The translations under genes were made by a program, and so were the position numbers. The notes below the pieces were generated by a model. The model ran no database searches. It saw only the letters and a list, made by a program, of their open reading frames with translations, and was not told the origin of the DNA. This document shows, piece after piece, positions 1-10,969 of a DNA stretch of 64,000 nucleotides (the stretch's first letter is position 1; each line of letters starts with the position of its first letter). The stretch is from NCBI GenBank assembly GCA_963743635.1, contig CAVUQO010000003.1, forward strand, positions 640,001-704,000. The letters run 5' to 3'. This DNA is from Candidatus Babeliales bacterium. GTDB lineage: Bacteria > Babelota > Babeliae > Babelales > Vermiphilaceae.

Positions 1-1018
1 TCGAAGATGAGCTGGCATTTCTTGGTGATTGTCCCTGGGACGATGACCTTCGCTACGCCCGTGCGGTGTGTGAGCAGATAGGGGTTGAATTGAAGGTAGT
101 TTCTCTTCAAAAAGAGTATTGGGATTACGTTGTATCCTACGTGATTGATGAAGTGAAAGCGGGGCCGCACTCCAAATCCGGACGTCTTTTGCAATAAACA
201 GATTAAATTCGGCATGTTTTTAGATTATCTCAACCGTGAACATGCGGGTGAGTTTGATAAGATTGCAAGCGGCCATTATGCGCACGTCGTGCATGAAGGA
301 AATGTGGCACGTCTCAAGCAAGCGCCAGATCCGATCAAAGATCAGACCTATTTCTTATCCTATCTTGATCAAGAACAGTTACAAAAATTAGTATTTCCCA
401 TCGGGCATTTAGATAAGTATGCAGTGCGCGCGCTCGCGCAGCAATTTGATCTGCCTAATAAAGATCGCAAAGATAGCCAAGGAATTTGCTTTTTGGGTAA
501 ACTGAAGTTCAGTGATTTTATTAAACAATATCTTGGTGAAAAAAAAGGCGAAATGATCGAAGTTGAAACGGGTGAAGTTCAGGGACTTCATAATGGATTT
601 TGGTTTTACACGATCGGACAACGCCAAGGGCTTGGCTTAGGCGGTGGTCCATGGTACGTAGTCGCAAAAGATATTCGGAAGAATGTTGTCTATATTTCGC
701 GCAATTATCATGCAGATGATAAGATTCGCGATACCTTTATAGTCCATCAATATGCATTGGATTAGTGGCATCGCTCCTTTAAAGTCAGCGCTTGACGTAA
801 AATTGCGTCATGGCGCGCATAAACATGCATGTACCATTACCTCGACCGATGATGGTCGCATGCTCGTGCAATTGACATCTCGCGATCAAGGAATTGCGGC
901 GGGACAATTTGCCGTATTTTATGACGGTGATGAGTGTCTTGGTGCCGGCATTATCGAACAGGCATTTGATCAACTTCCGCAGCATCTTGATGGAGCAGTG
1001 TTACCAGGAAAGTCTTGA
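1..1018 (+). CDS. mnmA: tRNA 2-thiouridylase MnmA, 5' part outside window, split by ~2 apparent frameshifts (~165 and ~750)
   Basis: Motifs RTPNPDVFCNKQIKFG, ASGHYA, DPIKDQTYFL, KDSQGICFLG, YTIGQRQGLG and GQFAVFYDGDECLGAG spread over the 5' end and ORFs 214..765 and 752..1018. Confidence 0.93.
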
Positions 1019-1023
1019 AAAAG

Positions 1024-1626
1024 ATGAAAAAAATAACGTGGCAAAGCATATCCCGTATTCCACTCCATGAACGGCGTCTAACGTTTTCCACGATGATTAC
1101 TATGATGCGCATTATTCTTGCGCCATGCGTAGTAATTGCAATGCTGCACGGTACGTGGGGCAGAGCATGTATCCTCTTTTTGATTGCATCGATTACCGAT
1201 TTTCTTGACGGTAACATAGCGCGCTTACTCAATGAGCAAACCTTTTTGGGCGCTTGTCTTGATCCGATTGCGGATAAAATATTACTCCTTCCTTGTTTTA
1301 TGACGTTGGCATTTATTAAAACGCCACTCTTTAGCATACCGCTCTGGTTTGTATCGGTGGTGCTTGTGCGCGAATTAATTGTGTTGGTCGGCGCATTAAT
1401 GATTTATATTTTTAAAGGCGACGTAGTTATTAAACCGACGTTACTGAGCAAGTTGACCACCATGATGCAAATGATTTTTATTGCCTGGTTATTTGCTTGT
1501 TATTTTATGCATTGGGTTCCGCAGCGCACGTATGATGCAATGCTCGGTTTGCTCTTGCTGTTAGTTATTGGTTCATTGATGCAGTATGTTTACATTGGCA
1601 TTCGTCAATTACGGGAGAATGTATGA
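1024..1626 (+). CDS. CDP-alcohol phosphatidyltransferase (PgsA-like)
   Basis: Signature TDFLDGNIARLLNEQTFLGACLDPIADK; hydrophobic membrane protein; ATG at 1024. Confidence 0.88.
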   Translation: MKKITWQSISRIPLHERRLTFSTMITMMRIILAPCVVIAMLHGTWGRACILFLIASITDFLDGNIARLLNEQTFLGACLDPIADKILLLPCFMTLAFIKTPLFSIPLWFVSVVLVRELIVLVGALMIYIFKGDVVIKPTLLSKLTTMMQMIFIAWLFACYFMHWVPQRTYDAMLGLLLLLVIGSLMQYVYIGIRQLRENV

Positions 1627-1994
1627 AGATTTCACGAACACATCTTTTTGCAAGTTTGTTATTAGTGCCGTGTGTATTGATGTTGGCAACGCCTTTTGCA
1701 TCTGCACCAAAAGCTAAAGGTCAGTCAGCATCAAAATTAAAAGAACAATGCGCGCAGGAGCTCGGTGAGCAGCTCAAGCGATTTGGACGCATTATGCAGC
1801 AGATGGGCGCGGTGCAAGATCAAGTGCTTGAGCATACGTATGCCGTGCTTGAAAATGATAAAGATCATGCATTGTATCAGAAAAATGCTGCAGAGTTGCA
1901 AGTGTGTTGCGCTACGATGCGCGAGTTCAATGAATCATTGCAAAAGATTGAAGAACAATTGCGCGCATACAATCTCTTTTTGGAGCGGCTGTAA
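1623..1994 (+). CDS. hypothetical exported helical protein
   Basis: 123-aa ORF with N-terminal hydrophobic signal; ATGA overlap with the upstream stop. Confidence 0.65.
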   Translation: MKISRTHLFASLLLVPCVLMLATPFASAPKAKGQSASKLKEQCAQELGEQLKRFGRIMQQMGAVQDQVLEHTYAVLENDKDHALYQKNAAELQVCCATMREFNESLQKIEEQLRAYNLFLERL

Positions 1995-2004
1995 ACAAAT
2001 AATT

Positions 2005-2307
2005 ATGCAAGATTTTTACGTATACATTCTTCTTTGTAGTGATGGTTCCTTTTATATAGGACATACGGATGATATGGAAGCACGATTATCCGCGCATGAG
2101 CAGAGACTTTTTCCTCGTTGCTATACTGCAAAACGTTTACCTGTTAAATTAGTATTTGTAGAACCTGCTGCTAGTCGCTACGAGGCATTAGCGGCTGAAA
2201 GACAAATGAAAAACTGGAGTCGTTTAAAAAAACAAGCGCTCATTGATGGTGATTCGGAATTGCTTAGAAAATTAGCAAAAAGACGAACGCCTTCTACTAA
2301 AAGCTAA
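2005..2307 (+). CDS. small GIY-YIG nuclease (UPF0213-like), 100 aa
   Basis: From ATG 2005: FYVYILLCSDGSFYIGHTDDMEARLSAH...YTAKRLPVKLVF...EALAAERQMKNWSRLKKQALI, the stand-alone GIY-YIG pattern. Confidence 0.9.
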   Translation: MQDFYVYILLCSDGSFYIGHTDDMEARLSAHEQRLFPRCYTAKRLPVKLVFVEPAASRYEALAAERQMKNWSRLKKQALIDGDSELLRKLAKRRTPSTKS

Positions 2308-2347
2308 TATCATTAGTAAGAAATTATGTGTACATACTTTAGTTTGC

Positions 2348-2553
2348 ACCCCTCGCTATTTTTCCTCCCTACGGTCGTAAAAAACCTCTGGGCGAACGGT
2401 GAGAGGGCAATGTTTTATGAGTATTGTGGTTGGAAGAAATGAGCGAGAATGTATTGCTCTTCGCATAATGTATTATCATGTTAATAACAAATGATATCCA
2501 TTCCCGTTCGCCCAGAGGTTTTTTCGACCATAGGGAGAAAAATAGCGAGGGGT
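2348..2553. repeat. inverted doublet of REP-like elements (family A)
   Basis: Arm 2348-2399 ACCCCTCGCTATTTTTCCTCCCTACGGTCGTAAAAAACCTCTGGGCGAACGG is the near-exact reverse complement of 2504-2553; AT-rich spacer. Confidence 0.9.
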
Positions 2554-2718
2554 TAGGGAATAAATAATGATGCATTTACATTTTTTTTCTCCAGCGATTA
2601 CCCCTGTCTAATAATGTTATTATGCACAAACATGCAGTTGCTTTTTGTTTTTGCATCAGGTACTTTCATATTATTCAAATGATTTTTTTACTTATACAAT
2701 GCCTAAAGGATAAATATT

Positions 2719-3258
2719 ATGGCTGGGTACAACCGTGTGGTTCTCGTTGGTAATTTAACCCGTGATCCTGAATTCAAACAACTCACATCAGGACAAGGCG
2801 TATGCCGACTTGGTCTTGCAACAAACAGACAATTTAAAAATCGTCAAACTGGCGCTATGGTACAAGAAGTATGCTTTATCGACATTGACGTCTGGGGTCC
2901 ACAAGCAGAAAGCTGTAAGCAATATTTGCAAAAAGGCCGCTCAGTTCTTATCGAAGGACGTCTAAAGCTTGATAGTTGGCAAGATACCAATGGTCAAAAT
3001 CGCAGCAAACATTCAATTGTAGCTGATCGTGTAGTTTTCTTGACCGCAGCTGAAGGCGGTTCTGAGTCATTCGACCAAGCTGGCCGCGAGAGCTCTGAAC
3101 CAACTTCTGAACTGGAACAAGGTTTACTTGACCAAATAAGTCAGGTCAAAAAACGTACAACGGCTCCTAAGGCTGCAGCTCCAAGAAGAGCAGCAGCTCC
3201 ATCGGGCGAAATCTCCTTCAAGGACGAACCCCCGTTTGAGGACGAATTACCGTTTTGA
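2719..3258 (+). CDS. ssb: single-stranded DNA-binding protein
   Basis: NRVVLVGNLTRDPE start and acidic C-terminal EDELPF tail. Confidence 0.97.
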   Translation: MAGYNRVVLVGNLTRDPEFKQLTSGQGVCRLGLATNRQFKNRQTGAMVQEVCFIDIDVWGPQAESCKQYLQKGRSVLIEGRLKLDSWQDTNGQNRSKHSIVADRVVFLTAAEGGSESFDQAGRESSEPTSELEQGLLDQISQVKKRTTAPKAAAPRRAAAPSGEISFKDEPPFEDELPF

Positions 3259-3284
3259 TTCTATTCGTACGGGAATAAAATACT

Positions 3285-3322
3285 AAAAAAAGGGCGCCTT
3301 CTCATGTAGAAGTCGCCCTTTT
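3285..3322 (+). terminator. intrinsic terminator after ssb
   Basis: AAAAAAAGGGCG-CCTTCT...AGAAGT-CGCCCTTTT stem-loop with A/T tails. Confidence 0.75.
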
Positions 3323-3390
3323 CTGTTTCATATAGAATCTCTTATTATCTATTAATTAAACTCATTATTTATAAGCTTTTAACTTGTTCA

Positions 3391-3420
3391 TTGACAAATT
3401 GAATCGATATTTGCCATGCT
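3391..3420 (+). promoter_or_regulatory. putative sigma70-type promoter
   Basis: TTGACA-N18-CATGCT upstream of ORF 3480; similar motif at 30984. Confidence 0.4.
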
Positions 3421-3479
3421 GGGAGTAGAAAAGTTGAATAGGTGGGGTTAAAAAGGAAGATATTAAAACGAGAGGTCGA

Positions 3480-3950
3480 ATGATGAAGATAGGAAGAACG
3501 TCAATACGCATGCTAGGCGCTTTTCTAGCGCTGGCGCTACTAGGTTTAGATACCCATGTTGGCGCTCAAGAGGATCAGATGAAACTCTCATTCGATAGTA
3601 TATTCCCTGCTACTCCCTACAAAGAAGCCCTTGGCTCTTGCATGCAGGTATTGGGTTACTTGGATCAGTTGTGCCATGAGCATCAACGCGGCGAAGAAAT
3701 GGCCTTTTGTCTCGTGCATGATGCATTTTTAGGCAAAGTGGTCTCAGCCCAGCATAAAATTGCCAATCTTTTGGCTAATATACAGACGGGTGCTATCGTG
3801 GCTGATGATAATGTGCACTATTTGAGTAATGTTTTAACTCATATTAATCAGTTATATCAGCAACATATTGATCAGAATCAGCGCAATACGCTTGCCATGA
3901 ACATGCTGCAAGAGATGGCACAGCAGGTATCGCGCCTCATTGAGCAGTAA
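3480..3950 (+). CDS. hypothetical exported protein
   Basis: 156-aa ORF with signal-peptide-like N-terminus and GAGG RBS. Confidence 0.65.
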   Translation: MMKIGRTSIRMLGAFLALALLGLDTHVGAQEDQMKLSFDSIFPATPYKEALGSCMQVLGYLDQLCHEHQRGEEMAFCLVHDAFLGKVVSAQHKIANLLANIQTGAIVADDNVHYLSNVLTHINQLYQQHIDQNQRNTLAMNMLQEMAQQVSRLIEQ

Positions 3951-3951
3951 T

Positions 3952-6900
3952 CTATTCGAGTCCTATGACACCATTATTGGTGCCGGCCATGGTAATACCG
4001 GTCGCTCCAATGTCTTGCACCCAATTGAAAGATTGTACCGATTTGAGGGTAGGATCAAATGATATGTCTTGTTGTGGTTTTACCACATTCCAATCGATCG
4101 TATCAAATGGAAGCACCATCAATCTATTATGTGTTGGGCATGCGCAGCCTTGATTGAGCGGATTGATAATAAAGAAGCGGCGCGCGCCATCGGACCAGAA
4201 ATAGGTAATCGGGTAGAGTGCAGCAAAGCTTGGATCCATGTTCTCAATGCTATTGAAAAATGATGGTACAAACGTGAATGGGCCAGATTGCGTACCATTG
4301 AGCTGGTTAATGCTTCCCTTATTAAACAATTTTAATCCTTGTGGATCAATCAGATCAAATGGCCAGACCGTTGACTGCGGTGCAATGGGTATTGAGGTAT
4401 GCATACCGCCAATGCCGAGATATAAGTTGTTCCCGCCATCGCAGTGATTGGTATCCAGCTGCGGAGGTTTGCGTAACGCCAGTTTGTTGTATGCCGCCCG
4501 CAATTGATGATTGGAATAATCCTTGATTAGTTGCGAGTACGATTTGTTCGGTGCTTCCTGTGCTATTTGTTGAGATGATTTGCATACCAAGAAAACGAAC
4601 CGTTGCATAAAAAAATGTCGGAGCAGTTTTTGTTTGCGCAAGAATAGAAATATTTGTTGGATCAAACATCGCGCTGATGGTTGGTAGGAATGGAATTGCA
4701 TAAAGCGTGCCTTGTAATGGCGCATTGGTTGAGCTCACCGTCAATACATAAAGCATATTGCCAGTTGTTTTAATATCAACAATTGCGCCGGGAAGATTGG
4801 GCGCTAATTGCCAACTACCAGTTGTAAATGGCAATGTATTCAGATCGCCGAATGTTCTCACATCAAGCGCAGTACCTTGCGGGCCTGCAAATACGTAAAG
4901 TCCGTTTTGTGTGCCGGCATAAAAATAATTTAAATAAGGATTTGGTGTAGTGCTATCGCGACGTGCATATTCAAGTACGGTTACCGCGCCACATTCTGAT
5001 AATTTTGTAGTGACTAGATTTTCCGGCTGTGAGTAATCAGTGATAACTGTTTGCGGATCGAGTAACATTATTGCAATCGGACAATATACATCAAGACTTT
5101 GGCTTACTTGCGCAAATATCACGATATTAGTGCCGCCAAAAAGTGCATAGCGGCTGCAGGTGTTGCTAGCAAATCCGCGCGTTGATTGATCTAAATCAAG
5201 CACTGAATAACAACCCTTAGGGCATGGATTACTGCAGTTATTGCCGGGTAAATTTTTATTAAGTTGTGCAACGAGTGATACGGGTGACGTTCCTTTATCC
5301 CATTCAGTAATCGGCTACAATTGTTTCAGTAACGCCATCAACTGCCCATATTTCTCCAGTGCTTGCATCAACGTCAAAGAAAGATACTTGCGCGGAGATT
5401 ATTGGGAAATCCGGTATATGGGAATGATCGTTTTGTCCACGGAGTCCAGCGAAGAATTTTTCCCGTTTCATCAAACATTGCTTGTGAATAAAAAATGCCA
5501 ACTTCGTTAGTACGTTGATTGTGGAACGCCAGAAGATGCATAGACGGTATCGCCAATCACTACTAAATCAGAGAGTTGATTATCAGCATCAAAAGGGAAC
5601 GGGCCTGCCCCAACCAGGCCTGCTGGATCAGTATTAACAACAAGATCAGCATTGTTGATTGCGGGTACCGTAAATTTTCCATTGGTGAGAGACTATTTTT
5701 ATTAGCGAGTGTGCCTTGCGTCGGATTTTTTGGATCGCCAAGATCAACGAGCGGTAATGCGTATAGCATATTACCGGTCGTGATAGCGTATGCCATTGCC
5801 GCCATTAACAATTAAATAACTCGGTCCAGTGCTTGCATGAAGTATGCCGAGTTTATGCACTGAGAGATTTGCTTCAGGGCATGTCGGATAGATGCAATAT
5901 GGTTCTTTATGACATCCATATGGTTGGCAATAGGGCTCATGATCAGTGTAGCAATCTGGCTGGATAACAATCTGCGGGATAGCAGTATGGCGGAGGACAT
6001 ACTTCTGAGAAAATAACGCCAATAATATTGTTTTGCTGATTGACGTTAAATGCACCATTCGGAGCAATTGGAGCAACGGCGAGTGCTCCATATGCATTGA
6101 TAGTATATGCAACGGACACACTTCTGCCCCCACTATTGTGCATAGTGGTATCACTGGTTGCTAGGTCATAGCCGATATAAAGGCGCTGTAATTGATCATC
6201 CCAGAGCATTTGCGGATAGGGGGTAGGGGTTGTGTTTGGATTGATGTTAACGACACCTTCGATGAGTACGGCGGGAATTGTTGCATTGAAGGGTGCTGCT
6301 TTTATGCCGCTATCGCCAGAAACAGCAGCCACTTGCTGCAGCGCGAGCGTAGATTGATTGATTGATACAACGGCAATGCCGCTATTGGTAGCGCCGAATG
6401 TAGTTGATCCATTAGGTGCAACAGCAGCAAAAATAAATGCTTGATTTGCGGCAATATTTGTTATTGCACCCGTTGTAGTGCCTGGTTGATTGACGGCGCC
6501 ACTTGCATCATCGAGGGTGGTGCTCATAATGCCGGGGTTTGTGGAATTAGGCAGGTAGCCCGTGTTGGTCATGATGTTCACTTCTGTTTCGCTTCCTGAT
6601 TGCACGAAAGCGATATTAGGATTTGGATTTCCGTAGCTCGTTGAAAGAGTGAGTAGAGGAACATAACTCGTTATGGTTGTCGGCGCAATGGGTTGAAACG
6701 TCGGAATTGTTGCACCAAAGCTACGATTTGCTTTTGCTATGAAATAAGAAAATGTTGTAGCTTGGCCAGTCGGCGCTTTTGTAGCAACAATAAAATATGA
6801 AGAAGGATCGTCATACACTTTTGCGATGACCGCAGATGAGAAGGTGAGGCTATTGCCAGCTGCAGTGCCATCTCCTTGCGCGATAACGGTTGTATGGGTT

Positions 6901-6962
6901 ATATGAGTGTTCGTGATGAGAAACAGGGCGCACAGGGCGACCAGTAGAGTGTTGCATTTCAT
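3952..6962 (-). CDS. large (~1000 aa) secreted beta-rich protein, possibly a beta-propeller; broken by multiple frameshifts
   Basis: Signal peptide MKCNTLLVALCALFLI at 6962; contiguous T/S/N/G-rich minus-strand fragments 5943-6962, 5563-5811, 5304-5556, 4355-5203 and 3952-4725. Confidence 0.65.
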
Positions 6963-6995
6963 TACGTTCCTTTTTTAATTTTTATAATTCTTTTT

Positions 6996-8277
6996 TTAAT
7001 CTAATCCCCATGCAAAATCGACGCCTACATTGCCGCCAACCATACCTGTTCTAAAGATGCGTGTGCCGCTGATTGGATAATCATAGAAGAGAGTAATGCG
7101 CGGGCCAACCCATGAATGTTCTTTGGTAAAATCATATTCAGCTCTGACGTTCAGGGTATGCATGTTCCAGCTTGCAAACATTGGATCTGAATTGATGATT
7201 GGTGAAGGGAATATTGCGCAGTTGGGTGAAGTGAGTTCATCGCCTTGTTCCGTTACATATGAATAACCGACAAGTAGCGAAAAGCCGCGCACGACGTGAT
7301 CTGCTTTGAGATAGGCGCTCGCCTCCCAAATAGTTCCTTTTTCAGTTTTTACACAATCCGCTTTTGCGAGTTTAATAAATCCGCTCTGATCGAGTGCAGT
7401 TTTTAAGCGCAATGATTGATCAGCGTGGAAGAAAAAGAGCGCGCCCATATGGCCGCCAATAGTGAGCCAATCATACGTTCCCAATGCGGCATCAAATGAT
7501 AAAGGAATGGCTGCATGTCCGTTGTATCCAAGGGGAATTGAAAAGACATTGTTTGGATTTTGTTTTTTAGATGATGCAATCAGATAACCAGATTTAATGG
7601 TCAAATCAACGAAATCAAGCACTTCTGTTTCCTGATAATTGAGCGTCCAGCCGAGTTGTAAACTCGACATCGCCAATACCGCGTTCGTTAACGCTTCCTG
7701 CGCAGAGGCAGTATTGATTGAGAATGCTATTGAAATCAGTGAGGAATGCTTGCCATAAGGGATTATTTACATTGGGTTCCTGGCAATCATTGGGAGAAAG
7801 ATCGCAAAATGATATATCGGTAATATTCATAAAGCGGACAGGAGTGTGGAACTGAAAGAAAATGCCGTGGGCAAAGTTTTGCACATAAAAGATAGTTGAG
7901 CTCGGTCAGCTTAAAATGGCCATCATACGAGAGATACCCAAATGAGCCGCGTGCAGGCAACAATGATAATTCTTCTAAAATAACATCAGAGATGTTACTG
8001 AAATCTTTGCCGGGAACGCCGACGCCCAAAAGCTGCATGTTGTAGGGACCATAGATATCTAAGAAGTGGAACTTTATCGTGCTCGCGATTAAAACCTCTG
8101 GAGGTGGAGCCATAGGATGCATAGACATCAAAAGTGGAGAGCCAAGGCCTTTCAAAGCGCGGTTCTCCAAAGAAGTTTGTGGCCCTATAAAAATGGGCAT
8201 TATCGCGCGATGCATACAGGCCGGTAGTACGAGAGGATGCTGCATGCTACGATGAGGGATAACCAGTGTATTTTCAT
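6996..8277 (-). CDS. putative outer-membrane beta-barrel-like protein, frameshifted
   Basis: ATG at 8277 (MKIHWLSLIVACSIL); fragments 7787-8245, 7615-7884 and 6996-7676 with alternating aromatic/hydrophobic strands; ends GGNVGVDFAWGLD. Confidence 0.55.
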
Positions 8278-8462
8278 GAACTATCTTTCCTTATATACGA
8301 CTATTCTTGGGATAGTGATGGTAAGTTGTTAAAAGAGCGTATACAAAAATATTCCAAAAAGGAAGAAGCAGGCATGAGGCCGGTGCCAGAGTCTTGTTTC
8401 TGCTAGGTGGTATGTTATACTGAAATTAAAGTACAATATAGAACAAATTCGGGGGTCTTTCA

Positions 8463-8974
8463 ATGTGTAGTCAACATATGAATAAAGACGATAATGAGCA
8501 GATTAAACACCATGCAGACGAAGGTGTTGGATGCGGAGCTTACTGCATGTATATCCAGCTTAGAAGCATGCCAAAAAGAGCGTAATGAGTGGAAAGAAAA
8601 ATATCTTTATGCCAGAGCAGATTTTGATAATGCGCAGCGACGCATGGCAAAAGATATGGAGCGACTTATTTGGGACGGTCAGGCAAAAGTGTTCGTCAAT
8701 TACTTGACGTTGTTGCTGATTTTGAACGGGCACTCAAGCGCATCAAGAGCAAGATGGATTTACCCTCATTTATAAGCATATGCTTAAAATTCTTGATCAA
8801 GCAGGGGTAAAAGAAATACCAGCGCAACAGACATTTGATCCTGAACTGCATGAAGCGGTAGCGCACGTTGATGCTCCGGGCCATGAAAGCGGATCAATCG
8901 TTGAGATCTTGCAAAAGGGATATCGATTTAAAAATGAAATTTTGCGTCCAGCACGCGTGAGTGTGGCGAAGTAA
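8463..8974 (+). CDS. grpE: nucleotide exchange factor GrpE, apparent frameshifts
   Basis: KYLYARADFDNAQRR and FDPELHEAV...IVEILQKGYRFKNEILRPARVSVAK in ORFs 8494..8775 and 8780..8974. Confidence 0.92.
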
Positions 8975-9019
8975 CCCACCTGCGTTTATCCGGGTCTTCC
9001 GACGGCAAACTACGGCGTG
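8975..9019 (+). repeat. REP-like element (family B) directly after the grpE stop
   Basis: CCCACCTGCGTTTATCCGGGTCTTCCGACGGCAAACTACGGCGTG; related copies at 35449-35496 and, inverted, at 61844-61893. Confidence 0.65.
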
Positions 9020-9054
9020 CTTTTCACTTGTTATATCTATAAAAGGAGTTAGTT

Positions 9055-9801
9055 ATGACGCGCAATAATTATGGTGTTATTCTTTGGTTATTGAGCATCG
9101 CAAGTCCGTTTGCACTCATTCCCTATCTGCAATCAGTAGCGCTCTTTGCGCATGCTGAGCCGATTGTGCCAACCTTGTACGGTCTGGCGCTTACCGCATG
9201 TATCGCGATGAGTGTGTATGGCTTCATGATCGCGTATGGCATGAACTGGGCCGGAGCAGTTGGTGCGCACTTTTTATTTCTCGAAAAAAATCCAGATCTT
9301 AAAAAGGATCTTTTCATTCCTGGTCTTGTTGCCGGCATTCTCTGCGCGGCAGCGATTCTTCTCATTGATGCAGTATTGCCCGAACCGGCCGTCAGTTTGT
9401 ATGCATTAGCGCGTAACATACCGCCTGCAATTGGATTTTTTTGCCTTTTCTTTTGCATTGTAAATCAGGAAGTTATTCTCTCATTATTTATGCTTTCAGG
9501 CATTGCGGTGCTGTTCAGACGATTTTGTAACACGTTCTCGCATGCCACCATTATGCAAATGAGTATTGTGCTGGCCGCATTACTTTTTGCTATTGCCCAT
9601 TTTCCGCTCTTTTTCTATACCACCATTGGCAATAGTCTGCTTTTAATGGCGAGAATAATGATGCTGACTTTTATCGCGGGCACAACATTTGGCTATCTTT
9701 TTTGGAAGAAAAGCTTTGAAACGGCAATCTGGGCACATGTGGTGGTTGATTTTGTATTGTTCGTTCTCGTGCCGTTATATGCCATAGTTAGTGGTGCATG
9801 A
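9055..9801 (+). CDS. CPBP-family (CAAX/Abi) intramembrane metalloprotease-like protein
   Basis: Multi-TM protein with QEVI (EExx-like), LLFAIAH and FGYLFWKKSFETAIWAHVVVD motifs; the first Glu of the EE motif appears replaced by Gln. Confidence 0.75.
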   Translation: MTRNNYGVILWLLSIASPFALIPYLQSVALFAHAEPIVPTLYGLALTACIAMSVYGFMIAYGMNWAGAVGAHFLFLEKNPDLKKDLFIPGLVAGILCAAAILLIDAVLPEPAVSLYALARNIPPAIGFFCLFFCIVNQEVILSLFMLSGIAVLFRRFCNTFSHATIMQMSIVLAALLFAIAHFPLFFYTTIGNSLLLMARIMMLTFIAGTTFGYLFWKKSFETAIWAHVVVDFVLFVLVPLYAIVSGA

Positions 9802-10879
9802 GTGCTACGACGAGCTCGGTAAAAATAAGTACAATAATCAGCAGCGTGAGAATATCGCCACGAATACCATCAACTTTATGTTGGAGCACCGAGCGAATAT
9901 CCTGAATAATTGAAAGCTTCTTATCGATACCATCTTTCCAATTTTTCAAATCCAACTTATCTACAAGCATGGCATACAATTCTGATAAATAAGGCTCGCC
10001 CACGAGTTTGATACTGCTTTCAAGCCGTTCAGTGATCACTGAAATATCAACGCGCAACTTACCCATTTCATCAATTGGATTGGTCGATAGCGTACCAATC
10101 ATCGGCAGATAGGCCTTTAATGGCACTTGAAAACTGCGTTCTTCATACATGATGTTCATTTGCTGATCGAGTAATCGATCAAAATAGCGCAGTTCAAGAT
10201 GCTGAATATTAGCAAATTCAAACAAATCTAAAATATCTTCATACTCAGATTCATAAATAAATGCAGCCTCGGTATCGATTACGATCAGATCGCCCTTGAA
10301 ATAACCCATAGTTGATTCCAGAATTTCATTTTTCTGATTTTCAGAGAGTGTTTGGGTTTCAAAGCGCAGTGTTGAGGCGATAACGCCACCATATTGTTCT
10401 TTAAATTTTGAGATATCAATTTTGGGATGAACCTTATCAAGTTGGATGACCACATATGATGATTTAGTGTGAAAGAATTGAGGCTTGGTGATATACGGTT
10501 TAACCTTTTTAAAAAGGGAGCCGACATCGATAATGCTATGTTCCTGAAACTTGTTATCGATACTTGATAGCTTTTCCCGTAAATTTTTGAGCGTGTCTTC
10601 GAATGGAATTTGATAAGTCAGTGACACGGCGCCAAAATTGTACATTTTGGTGCTGATACACATTGAGCTGCTATGCGGGTGAGGAAGTTCAACGGCAAGA
10701 GGAATGTGGTAATTTTTAAAATATTTGGGTAACGTTAACGGCCGTGGCATAACCACGCTGGATTCTTTTACTTTTTCAAGGTTAATTTCATCACCAATAT
10801 CAAATGCGTGAAAGATATAAATATTCCCTGCAAAGATCTGAGTATCCAGTTTTTCTTGTTCGGTGGCAAAAGATGGCAT
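9788..10879 (-). CDS. conserved hypothetical protein with C-terminal TM helix (RMD1/DUF155-like)
   Basis: Likely start MPSF at 10879; DLFEFANIQHLELRYFDRLLD motif; C-terminal LTLLIIVLIFTELVVAL. Confidence 0.6.
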   Translation of the reverse strand: MPSFATEQEKLDTQIFAGNIYIFHAFDIGDEINLEKVKESSVVMPRPLTLPKYFKNYHIPLAVELPHPHSSSMCISTKMYNFGAVSLTYQIPFEDTLKNLREKLSSIDNKFQEHSIIDVGSLFKKVKPYITKPQFFHTKSSYVVIQLDKVHPKIDISKFKEQYGGVIASTLRFETQTLSENQKNEILESTMGYFKGDLIVIDTEAAFIYESEYEDILDLFEFANIQHLELRYFDRLLDQQMNIMYEERSFQVPLKAYLPMIGTLSTNPIDEMGKLRVDISVITERLESSIKLVGEPYLSELYAMLVDKLDLKNWKDGIDKKLSIIQDIRSVLQHKVDGIRGDILTLLIIVLIFTELVVALMHH

Positions 10880-10969
10880 GTGTATAGTTCCTTTGTACAA
10901 GATCATGATTAATTTAGAAAGACAATAGCATATTTCAAAGTATATACGCAAATCCTGGCACAGTATTCT

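Noticed and set aside
1765..2004. N-terminal extension of the GIY-YIG ORF given in the ORF track
   Set aside because: Overlaps the 1623..1994 gene in another frame; family similarity starts at ATG 2005.
2369..2575. 68-aa minus ORF (and similarly 61601..61882 and 61647..61913)
   Set aside because: Translations of REP doublets and spacers with no protein-like features.
8280..8462. CIRCE/HrcA operator upstream of grpE
   Set aside because: No TTAGCACTC-N9-GAGTGCTAA found; only a TG-TATACT -10-like element.
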